A stretch of 64,000 nucleotides of DNA from Selaginella moellendorffii. Its lineage: Eukaryota > Plantae > Lycopodiophyta. The position numbers were made by a program, and so were the translations under genes. The stretch lies in NCBI RefSeq assembly GCF_000143415.4, contig NW_003314287.1:1750951-1814950 (forward strand), given 5' to 3'. Below, piece by piece: positions 26,241 to 37,300 of the stretch; position 1 is the stretch's first letter; every line of letters starts with the position of its first letter. The notes under the pieces are model-generated. The model had not been told where the DNA came from. It made no database searches and worked only from the letters and a program-made list of their open reading frames with translations.

Positions 26241-26715
26241 ATTCTCACTAATAATTTTTATGGAATGCTTTGGGTTTATAAGATCCAAACAGAATAAAAC
26301 AAAAACACATTAATAATTTCTAATGATAGACAATAATAAGCGTATATTCTTGTTTGTAGTTTTTGGAAAAATTATACTAGCTAAAATTTATAAACCAGAT
26401 GAACTTCCTCAACACAAACAACCTCACAAGAGATATTAAAAGGTAGATGCAAACTTTGTCTCTCCTACTGACTCAACAAAAACACGACCGTCGATCACAA
26501 TCCACACCAACCGAGCCCTCGAGAATCCTGGCGATGAGCACGGCGTCGATGTTCTGGTGGTCCAATCTAGCTTGGGTAATGTACAATTGTATTTCAATAC
26601 AACAAAATTTCCTCTCTAAGTTTGCAGCAGCCCCCCTCCATCTTATTACACTTCCTCGTGGAAATGGCAAAGAATCGCTCTCCTCCTTTTTGCTAACTTT
26701 TACCTCCCAAAGCGT

Positions 26716-29700
26716 TCAAGCTTGGGCCGAACGAGTCAAAAAGTCGTTGACGGCGAGGTTAGCATCGCCATGAGCAACCGCGTCTTCTGGTTCCGGCATG
26801 AATAAGGTGGCAGCGCTTGCCTGTGAAATAGAGGGAAAAACAAACATTGCAATAAATCAGAAAGTGAATCTCTACAAAATCTCTCATCGACAGTACCTTT
26901 GCATCGAATTGCCGCTCAGAACTAGCGCTGTCCACGACAACTTGCCCGCCATGAGCTTTCACCCATTCTTCGCACTCGTCGAGCACATCCTTGTCAGCCT
27001 GTGCTCCATTTGTGAATCCCAGCGTCCGAGCTATCACTTCCAGAGGTAACGTCGGCCTGTACGACCGAGACATACACCTCAGGGCTTCAAAACGCATCCT
27101 CTCCACGTAAAGATCTGCCATATTACTTTCGCGTGAGCACCGCTTTTCTAAACTTCGAAGAGAAGAGGTCTTTACCCATCAAATAGAAGTTGAGATTTGG
27201 AGCCGTTTTGTATAGCCGGAAGAACATGATGTAGTTTCCCAGGGCCACGGCACCACGCACGGCTAAAGAGTGCTTAACTGCCTCGTCTTCTCGGGCCTCT
27301 GGTGTCAGCCTGTTACGTGGGAAAAAGGTCACTGGAGTTTCTAAACTACTTATAGGACATACCTTGCTATTGATGACAAAAGATCTCGGTTACTTCCATT
27401 CTGGAAAATAATATACAACAAGCTGTACGCGGTGAATTCGTTACAGCAACCGGAAATCCCCTCGGAGTAAAGAGTCTTTAGCTGTGTTTGGCACTGAAAC
27501 CAGCAAGAAAGGATCAATGGCCAGACAAACTACAAAGCAGAATGTATACCTGATTGTATTCTGCCAGGTCACCTGCTTCTAATGCTGCTCGAGCATGAAC
27601 TTCGTACACCTGTATTATATATTAGCAGTTGCAAAAAGAAAGAAATAAAAAATTAAATCAACCTGGACAGTGAGTTCATTCCGTATTCTCTGTACCGTAA
27701 GATCTTGTCTAATTGACTTTAGCTGCTCGCACTTGTAGAAATAGTTTTTGGATGTCGACTCCACCATTTTCAAAGCCTTCGTAAGTACCTCTTCCGGTCT
27801 CACCTAAACAAACAAGCTCGTCAGCACGAGAACTTACAAAAGACCTGAGCTTACAGTTGCTGGGTCAGGAGCAGAGGTCAATCGTAAGTAGCGTTTCTCA
27901 ATTTCCTGACACGTCCCTTTAATCGTCAATGAGTCCCAGTCGATGTCCTCCACAGCCTGTCCATTCCCATCTCCACAGCTTAGAGCAATCTTCAATGCAG
28001 AGGCTCTTCTGTTACTCGCACTGCCACCCCGACCTTTCACAAAACTTTTCACAACCGTGGCGCCACCCTTGCAGTTTTCAAACCGTTTAGACCTTGTCTG
28101 ACGCCTCTTATTCTCCTCAGGATTTTGAGTTGGTATGGTTCCTAAAGTAACTCCGACCAGCTCAGGGACCTCTTTGTCCTCGCCTGACGCATCTGAATCT
28201 TCGTTCAATATCGACTTCCGCGGCCTCTTTCCATTAGGCTTCGTTTTATCCAGCAAGTTTTTCTGCTCCACCTGTTGGCCTTGCACCTGGACTTGCGGTA
28301 TCTGTCCCTGTATTTGCTGTGGCTGTGGCTGTGGCTGTTGCGGAATTTGAGGATGTTGCAGTGGCTGGAAACCCTTTGGCTTGTTGGCCCACGGACTATC
28401 CCGTTTTACCCAGCTCATGGATCCAACCTGTAAGACTCCGTAAGAAACTTCGAGTAGCTGCTTTTAACACTTACGGAACTAGTTTGTTGGTTTAGAAGAA
28501 GGGCCTTTCCCATATCCTTCTGAATATTGCTGAGGTTGGCATCATTATTCGGCGTCGCGGGTTCCCATCTGCTCCTGGTCTTTTTGACCGTGAAGGGTTG
28601 GTCCCTGTACCCAGATAAGTTAGAAAAGAAAAACAACGTACTTCAATCAATATACCCCTTTCCGTCCCCTGTTACACCCGGTAGAGGAAACAGTGGTTCC
28701 GTGTCCCAGTTCTTTGTAAATAGCGTACCATCAGATGATGCTTTCGTAATTATCTGCAAGTAACAGAGATTTCATATCATGCATGCAGAAAGACTTAAAA
28801 GTGATACACTTACCTCCTTCATCATCTGCTGGCATACCCCTTTCTGAGCCTCGTTCTTGCATCGCGCCAAAGCTCTTTCAACGTATGCACGCAAGGAAGG
28901 AGGAAACATCCCAGGCTAGAGCAAGAACAAAGGAAGCGGCTCAGAGCAAAATAAAAAGCCATAAATAACCACCTTAAGTGCCGCATTCGACACATCAGCT
29001 GTGAAGGATTTTCCAGAAGAGACTTTACCGGCAACACTGACATATGCTGGTGTTTGCGGTAGTGTTTGCGGCATTCTTGGATTCATTTGTATCTGAGGCA
29101 GCCAGCCAATGGTAAATAACCATCATCAACCCGTGACCAAATCAGTATACAGACCTTCACCGGGGACTTGAACAGATTTGTTTGCTGAGAGTATGGCTGC
29201 TGCAACGGCCGCACTGACTGTTGGTATGTGTTGGGCTGGCTAGCAGTCGGAGGAACATACTGAGGATGTCCGTTTGTCGCCGAGTTTCCCTGCAGCAAAA
29301 CAAAGAAACACAATTACAAAACTGCGAACAAAAACTATACACGCACCTGAGATGGCCATGCCGGTGGAGGCTGAGTACCAGGAGGCGGCGGCTGCGTCGT
29401 TTGAGAGTATCCCTGGGCAACCACACTGGCGTACGACGAAGGAGGAGGGGCTTGATGAGTCGCGCTAGCTGGAGCAGCTGCCTCAGTCCCTGGAGGGCCA
29501 CTAGTCTCAGTAGCCTGTTGCATGCTCGCATAGTAGTCCCCTGGCTTTTGATACTGTGTCTGGTATGTCCCAGCTGCGCTTGGAGCCGAGTATCCTGGAT
29601 AGCTTGGATAGTAGCTGCTGCCGGCACTGGTGGCGGCCACGTTGTTGCTGGCGTCGCTCCAGCCATTGTAAGCAGCAGCCTGATAGCTTCCCGTTTGCTG

Positions 29701-30413
29701 ATACACACCATTACCATAATAAGTGCTTGTGCTCGGGTAGGACGTGGGCTGATATGTAGCACCTGAGCTTGCGTAAGGTCCCACGTTTTGAGAGTAAGAT
29801 TCGTTACCTTGCTGCGCGTAGCCATAGCCATAACTCTGATAATTGGAGCTCGCATAGCCATACTGCTCACTACTTGGATACGTGTAAGTGCTTGGAGCTG
29901 TGGCTGCTGCTGGAGTCTTGGCGTCTTGGATGTAGGATGATCCAGGCTCTTGAGTCTCTGCTGGTTGAGCTTGTGTTTGTTGATAAGTTCCATAAGTTGT
30001 CGGAGGTGGCGGCGGCGGAGGAGGCACAGCATTCCATGCTGCGGAGCTCGGGAGCGGCGGAGGCGGGGCTGGAGGCGGCGGAGCGGATGGAGGAGGTGGC
30101 GGATTTGGAGAAGTGATCACTGTGGTCGTCGCAGTGGTAGCGGAGTTATCAGCCACGCTAGCCTGAGACACAATGGAAAACTACTTTCACTGCCGAAGTC
30201 CCACAACGACAAAAGAAAAAGATGGCTTACCTGTTGGGCCGCTTGAGCTGCGTAGTAGGCGTACCACTGCTGCTGATAGTTTGCATCCGTCGATGGCGTG
30301 GAGGAGGAGACTCTCGACGCATCCTGGTGATTCCAGCCCCAAGACGCTGCCCCTGCCGCTACCGCAGCGCCATCGCTCACTACGCTTTGCTGAGGATCCC
30401 ACTCATTGCCCAT
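26716..30413 (-). CDS. SAC3A: SAC3/GANP/THP3 family protein A (LENG8-like), multi-exon
   Basis: Exon translations include [66 protein letters not shown] and [15 protein letters not shown]. Pro/Tyr/Gln-rich N-terminus; short GT-AG introns. Confidence 0.92.
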
Positions 30414-30649
30414 CGAAGTTCTTCCTTCTCACATTCTCGGAGAGAGGAGAGCAATCCAGAAGTCCTAAACCCTAATTCCGCGAAACCCCTGCGCACTAGG
30501 ATAGAGATTCCTGAAAGAGCGATTGATTGCTCGAGCCAGTCGCCGATGAATCGCCGTGGCCGCGGTGGTAGCGCCTCTCTCGCGTTGTGCTCGCAGCCCG
30601 CTCTAACCCTAATCCTCTATTCCCCGCATTTTAAAATAAGAAAGACTCT
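30414..30649. promoter_or_regulatory. Compact bidirectional promoter between SAC3A and the PPR gene, with telo-box-like motifs
   Basis: 236 bp between the divergent ATGs. AAACCCTAA at ~30467 and TAACCCTAA at ~30604. Confidence 0.55.
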
Positions 30650-32851
30650 ATGGCGATTCCCCTTGGACAATCGCCTCCCAGCGCCGCCGATTTGGCGGCG
30701 CGCCTCAAGGCGTGCGCCAAGAACAGGGATCTCGCCCAGGGCAAGCTTCTCCACAACGTCATTCTCTCCAGCGATTCCCACCGCCGCGACAATTACCTCG
30801 CCAATCTCCTCATCGCAATGTACGCCAGATGCGGCAGCATCGATCTCGCGCGCCAGATCTTCGACGCGATGGAAGCGCCCAATTCCCACTCGTGGAACGC
30901 GATGCTCGTCGCGTATGCCCGGACGGGGTATGTGTCCCAGGCCAGGAAGATCTTCGATGAGATGCCAGCGCCACACAAGGGGCTTTTGACGTGGAACGCG
31001 ATGATTGGTTCGTACGCCCGTGCCGCGGATCCACGTCACGCCAGGGAGATCTTTGACCAGATGACGTGTCGGGACGTGGTGACGTGGAATTCCTTGCTGG
31101 CAGCGTATGCTCACGCGGGGCAGTTGTCTCTAGCTAGAAGAGTTTTCGAGAGTATTCCCCAACCGGACAAAATCTCTTGGAATAGCATAGTAACCGCATA
31201 TGCCCAGAACAGAGATATTGTACAAGCAAGAAGTTTCTATGATCGAGTGCCACATCCAACAGCCATTGCAAGCGCTGTTCTTATCAAAGCATATGGTCAT
31301 GAAGGAAACATAGTTGAAGCGGAAAATATTTATAAAAATCATCTCAAACAAGATTTAGTATGTTCAAACGCAATGCTCTTAGCATATGCCAATAACGGGC
31401 ATTTGTACATGGCCATTAATCTCTTTAAAGAGATGGCTGAAAAGGACGAGATCACATGGAATACAATGCTAAATGCTTATATTTGCAGCAAAAATCTTTA
31501 CGAAGCTAGAATATGTTTTGACGAGATGCCACAACGAGATATCGTGGCATGGACTTCCATGGTCACTGCGTGTGTCAACCTTGGCAATCTCGACGAGGCC
31601 AAGGCACTGTTTGATTCCATGCCAAACAAAGATGCCACCTCTTGGACGGTGATTCTTACGGCATATGCTCGCTCTGGGGATATTCTTAAAGCTCACTCTT
31701 TGTTTCTGAGCATGCCTGTCAAGGACACCGTTGCATGGAATGCGATGCTATCGGCATTTGTGAATGCGGGAGAGATGGACGACGCTAAAAAACTTTTTGA
31801 CAAAATGCCCATTCCAACCATTGTATCTTGGAATGCTATGGTGTTTGGTTATGGTCGGCTGAGACAGGTCTCTAAAGCAAAGCAAATGTTCGATGTTATA
31901 CCAAGAAAGACTCTCGAGTCGTGGAACACAATGCTTGGAGTGTACGCTCAAAACCAAGGGTTGCATCAAGCAAGAGATCTTTTTGCAGGTTTTACTTACA
32001 AACCAGACGTAATATCGTGGACGACAATGATTACGGCAAATGCCAATGTTGGGGATTTGGATGGAGCAAAGTCGTGCTTCCATCAAACGCCTTGCAGGAA
32101 CTCAGTTTCCTGGAATGCCATGATCTCGGCTTATACTCACAACCGTTTAGGAAAAGAGGCACTGGATTTCTACAAAGAAATGGACATCGAAGGAATTGAG
32201 GTGGACGAGTCTACACTGGTAGTCGTCTTTGATGCATGTTCCCAAATTGGCGTTTTAAAGCAAAGTCAAATTGCCCATTCTCACTTTTCAAACCACAAAT
32301 GCATGGGTTGCAATACAAAAGTGGCAAATTCGCTAATCAACATGTATATAAACTGCGGTAGCCTCAAAGAAGCTAAAATAATCTTTGATAAACTAGAGAT
32401 CAGAGATTGCTCTTCTTGGAACACAATGATCACAGCATATGCCAACTCTGTTGGATATAGTATTAGCGCCATGGAACTGTTTTGGCAAATGCAACTGGAT
32501 GGTATTAAGCCTGACAATATAACCTTGCTAGCCATTCTCTCAGCATGCAACCACTCAGGAAATCCTGACGCGGGCCTACTCTACTTCTATTCCGTCACAG
32601 ATTTCGGGTTGGATCCTACAATTGACCACTACAGCTCTATCATTGATCTGCTGGGGCGATCTGGTAGATTGCAAGAGGCCGGGGAGCTGCTAGAGAGCAT
32701 GCCATTTGAAGCAGATATTGTGGCATGGGTGACATTGTTGGGTGCTTGCAAGATCCAGAGAGATCATGGGCGAGCAATGCAAGTAAAGGATCAGGTTATG
32801 GAGCTGGGACCTCAAGGCGCAGCGCCATATGTTTTGCTTTCACTGCAATGA
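30650..32851 (+). CDS. PLS-class pentatricopeptide repeat protein with C-terminal E domain (733 aa, intronless)
   Basis: Many ~31-aa S-type repeats (D.VSWN.ML.AYA), then L2/S2/E motifs (HYSSIIDLLGRSG, W.TLLGAC, PYVLLS); no DYW domain. Confidence 0.95.
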   Translation: MAIPLGQSPPSAADLAARLKACAKNRDLAQGKLLHNVILSSDSHRRDNYLANLLIAMYARCGSIDLARQIFDAMEAPNSHSWNAMLVAYARTGYVSQARKIFDEMPAPHKGLLTWNAMIGSYARAADPRHAREIFDQMTCRDVVTWNSLLAAYAHAGQLSLARRVFESIPQPDKISWNSIVTAYAQNRDIVQARSFYDRVPHPTAIASAVLIKAYGHEGNIVEAENIYKNHLKQDLVCSNAMLLAYANNGHLYMAINLFKEMAEKDEITWNTMLNAYICSKNLYEARICFDEMPQRDIVAWTSMVTACVNLGNLDEAKALFDSMPNKDATSWTVILTAYARSGDILKAHSLFLSMPVKDTVAWNAMLSAFVNAGEMDDAKKLFDKMPIPTIVSWNAMVFGYGRLRQVSKAKQMFDVIPRKTLESWNTMLGVYAQNQGLHQARDLFAGFTYKPDVISWTTMITANANVGDLDGAKSCFHQTPCRNSVSWNAMISAYTHNRLGKEALDFYKEMDIEGIEVDESTLVVVFDACSQIGVLKQSQIAHSHFSNHKCMGCNTKVANSLINMYINCGSLKEAKIIFDKLEIRDCSSWNTMITAYANSVGYSISAMELFWQMQLDGIKPDNITLLAILSACNHSGNPDAGLLYFYSVTDFGLDPTIDHYSSIIDLLGRSGRLQEAGELLESMPFEADIVAWVTLLGACKIQRDHGRAMQVKDQVMELGPQGAAPYVLLSLQ

Positions 32852-33192
32852 TCGATGAGTCGATGAAGCTTGTCGCAGCTGGTTTGCTCATCCTAATCAT
32901 GGACAACGAACAAAAAGCTGGTAGAAGTCGGAAGTTAAGAGTAAATTGGAGCTAGAGTAAACTAAGAATCTTATAGAGCACCATGAGCAAGCGATGTAGG
33001 GGTCCTTACCTTTCTTATTTAATAGAACAAAACAAGTATAATCAACTTATTTTGTCTGATACTGCCGACTAGTATTCCCTCATCGCGACAATAGTTATTT
33101 AAATTTATGTTTCACGAGTCAACATTACCTTGTCCCATTCAAATTGTTATAATCCCTTAAAAAAAACATTCTGATTACTAATTTGTATAGCT

Positions 33193-33636
33193 ATGGAAAG
33201 GAAATCCCTTGTTTCTATTATAGTAATATTTCTTGCTTGTTATAGAAAAACTCATTCTTATTCTGTTGGAACTTATCAGACTTGCATTAGAACGTTTCAT
33301 ATACGAACAGATCCCAATGATTACTGTATATGTACAGCCATAGTCTGGAACAATTTTGTTTCCAATTTATTTCTACCAGGATTATATACTACACGAGTTG
33401 GAACATTAGGTTGTTTTTTCAGGGTTGGGCACTACCACCCATTAACATCCAGTGACTTTGTAGAGGCTGTAGATGACACATGGAATATATGTCTTGCATA
33501 TTCAGAAGCAGGAAGTATAATCAGATTTGATGATGATTCAATGAGTTTAAGAGTGGAACACCATAACGATGAGTTACTAGAGGAAAAACCACACACAAAC
33601 TCTTCAATTGTTTTGTTTAGAGTATGTAATTTCTAA
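33193..33636 (+). CDS. Small secreted cysteine-rich protein of unknown family (147 aa), copy 3
   Basis: Signal peptide, HSYS, QTCIR, CxC, VWNNF, VGTLGCF, SLRVEH and terminal Cys, all shared with the other copies. Confidence 0.85.
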   Translation: MERKSLVSIIVIFLACYRKTHSYSVGTYQTCIRTFHIRTDPNDYCICTAIVWNNFVSNLFLPGLYTTRVGTLGCFFRVGHYHPLTSSDFVEAVDDTWNICLAYSEAGSIIRFDDDSMSLRVEHHNDELLEEKPHTNSSIVLFRVCNF

Positions 33637-34337
33637 ATCCTTCTATTTCTAAATTATCTTTAGAAGGAGGCAAGACATAACAACTGAATGGTTAGAAGTC
33701 TAAATTATAATGTCTAAGTGGACATGAGGTGTATAAAACTATAGAGAAGTAGTAATGTACAAAATAAAATTAATGAGTTTGTGAGGTTATAATGCTTATA
33801 GAGATATTTAAAAATAATTAATGATTTAAAAAAATATTAGTTCTCATAAGAACTAGAAAAATATATGCATATAATTTGTTGATGTTGTGTAAAAATACCA
33901 GTCTTCATTTCTTCGTCAAGAAGTGTAAGTGCTATGAGTGATTCTCTTGAAGTGTATATAAGAACGTTCATGTATTGTAAATATGGCATCTTCTTCTACT
34001 TTATGCTGAAACTTCATAGTTCTTGTTGTGGAAGTTTACCGTTGGCAAATAAAGTTAGTGCTCATACCAAGTTGACATAACTAGTTAGTAGAATGGATAT
34101 ATTATGTAAACACCCTTTATACAGGAGCAAACATTAGTGATGTCTTGTCTTGAGGTGGAGATTGAGCACTTCTATCCACAATTCTATAAGTGCCAAAATT
34201 CATAGAATTATACAGATATATACTTGCTTGTATTAACCTATAAGGTTCATGGATGAGGCAAATTCATTTCAAGAACTTAACTATAATAATATATTATCAA
34301 TAAGTGAATCATCACATCTAAGATCACTATAAGACAA

Positions 34338-37300
34338 CTAGCAATTGCCCAGCAAATGCTGGGTGGTTGGCAAATTTGATGCCATTTGAAAAGGTTTTCT
34401 GAGCTTAGCTATGTTTGCTGTTTGATCGACTTCACAATTGAAAGACATTCTCATAACCAAATGTGTTATGAGCATTATATAAGCTAGATTAGATAACTGT
34501 TGACTTGCATTCCTCCATTTTGAACACAAAAAGCCCAAAGAATACTTCCAAGTCCATCTTTGGTGCAAGTGTTGGTACTTGCTCCTCAGCCTGCTAGAGA
34601 GGTTCCTGGGATGAGCCAGAAACTATTATATTGCAATGAGAGCTACACTCAAAAAGCAATAGGATGAAAATTGTACCTCTGCCATTAGCAACTAAATAGT
34701 ACATGCCATAACCAAAATGGGACAGCACCCAAGGCACACCAGTCAATGCCAGCTTTATTGTGGTGTGCACTTGAAACTCACAACCGCAAGTCAAGGGTGG
34801 CTGAGTAGATAGCTTTCTGGAATCATGGTTAGATTTAGAATTGTGCCATGTTTTTGTCAGTCTACTTAAGAATTTCAGCATAAACTGTATTCACAGTGTA
34901 AAAGTGTTGATCATGTGGTATAAGATTGCCTTGAAAGGGGGTTGCAAGCACTTGAACATGAAGTTGTTCAGGTGATCTACACCTTGACAGAGCAACATAA
35001 AGTTGACCATGTGTGAAAACAGGTTGGGGGAGGTAAATGCCAACACGGTCGAAAATTTGGTCTTGGGCTTTAGAAATAGTTAAGCAATAACCCAGACAAA
35101 CTGGGAATTGTCTTCGAGACATCTTGAAAAGGATTTCAACATCAGAAGGTGTAAGGGTAATACGTGGAATAAAAACTCGCGATCCCTTGAATTGTCCTGT
35201 GATAATTTCACAATCTAAAACGTTTTGAGATGCTTGCTTGAGAATGAGGTGAGTGCCATTGCATAAACCAATTTGCGGAGATATGTTCCTAAGAAGAATC
35301 AAAATCACATTTTGTTTTAGAATTAATTTGTGTGGTAGTAGTCCCGATGGGGTGATTGAATTTAAGAATTCAATTGGGAACTCTTCAAGGTGATCTGAGT
35401 CAACCGTGTCAATGCTCAAATAAACATATGGATCACCTAGTAGTCTTTCAACAATGTCATTATTTATTCTGAATGTGTCATCATTGAGTGGGGTGAGAAT
35501 AACCTTTGATGCAGCTGTATAAGTATTTATAATATCATTGGTATTTGGAAAAACAAAGTTTACAATAGGTGTAGTGATAGATAATGCATGTGGTATTTTG
35601 ATAATATCTGGTGGGAGACATGGCAACTGCAAACTACTATCACCATTGCCAAGTTTGAGAAGCCATTCAGAAAAACAAAGATTGCTTGAACGCATGTTCT
35701 TTGTTAGTGTTAGTGTTGTAAAGAGTGACCATAGTCTATTCATTTTAACTGAGCTTGAAATAATAGGGGTTTTATGGCCATGGGGAACAACAAGAAGGGT
35801 TTGACGAAAGTCACCACTTGTAATCACTATAACGCCTCCAAATGGTTTAGAATTACATTTGAGATGTTTTAAACATGTATCAACCACAGAGAAAGCATGT
35901 GTATGAACCATACTAATTTCATCCCATATGAGAACATTTGCTTGTTTGATGGTTTTTCCAGCATCACTATTAATTGTTAAAGCAGAGACAGAAGTTTCAT
36001 TTAAAGGAACAGGAAGTTTAAAAGTCATATGTGCCGTTTGACCATATTTTAGCAAAATGCTTGCAATCCCAGTCCATGCCATATTGATTACTTTTTTTTT
36101 AATAATTGTAATGCTATAATGATGGTATTAAGTAGAAAAGTTTTTCCAGTACCACCAGGTCCATCAATAAAGAAACATTGATGCTGGTTAGTATCAATAG
36201 CATTTATAATGAGTTCAAAAATATAACGTTGTTCATAACTGAATTGATTTATGTTTGCATTTATTTGGTCTTGTGATGGGTCAGGGATCTCTATATTAAG
36301 CATGTGTTTGATAATGGGAGTAAGAGTTGGGAGTGGTAAACCAAAATCACAATTAGATTTATTGTGTAGTTGGAATTTTGAATTAATATCGACTAAAGCA
36401 ATGTCAAAATAGTTTATATCATTTCTAGCATAATCCTCAGACATATCAATTTTGAATTGATCCCATAATAGATTTGGATCTTTTGGTGAACAATACAAAC
36501 AAATAAAAATAAATAACTGTCTTAATTGGGATGGCATTTTAAAAGTAGAAGCTTCTTGCATGCAGTGTTGCTATTCTGAATCATCTGCTAAAAGTCCCAT
36601 TGCCATAGCTGCTTGTTTAAAAGATGAGAAAGTAACACCTTCGACAGTACGTATATCCTCAAATGATATAGCACCTTTTTTATAGAGTAATATAAGCCGT
36701 AAGTGGTACAACTCATTATTAGAAGGAGATATGAAATACATTCTTGGTATGAGTTTAGCTTTTCATTGGCATAATTGCCATTTATGAGAGGATTTGTTAT
36801 ATGTGTAATGTAATGGAATTTGAGCATATGTATATTGCCTTGCATTAGTATCTTGCATGTTTAAATTGAACCATTGTGTAAGCATTGTTCCATTTTGAAT
36901 GGCTCTTTCTAGTGCTTCTTGTTCATGACCTGGTCTGAAATAAACGTTTTGAAAATTGGGTAAATGAACTAGAAGGTGTATAATAGTTAGTGATTTATCA
37001 TGCATGTGAAACTTAAATATATGCCACATGGCTTTAGGAGCAAAAATATATCGAGCATTGACAAAACTTGAGATTTTGTCCCAATTTAAAGTCCTTCGTT
37101 CTTCAGATGCAGTTAGGAATTCTAATGTTGCACAGTCATAACCTTTGTATATATATTGAAATAAATATTTAATACTTTTAATAGAAGCGCAGATCTCTAC
37201 ATTGATGTGTGCTTGATATTTTTTATAAAGGTATTTATTATAAGGAACAACCCATCTGTTGTCAATACTACAACCATTTTTTATGAAAGTGCGTCTGTTA

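Larger units (their letters stand above)
24350..27839. repeat. Segmental duplication, copy B (source copy, continuous with intact SAC3A)
   Basis: Collinear with 11703-15194. Confidence 0.95.

Noticed and set aside
30222-31114. Alternative-frame and antisense ORFs over the SAC3A and PPR 5' ends (likewise over PGDH)
   Set aside because: Shadow ORFs produced by GC-rich coding sequence.
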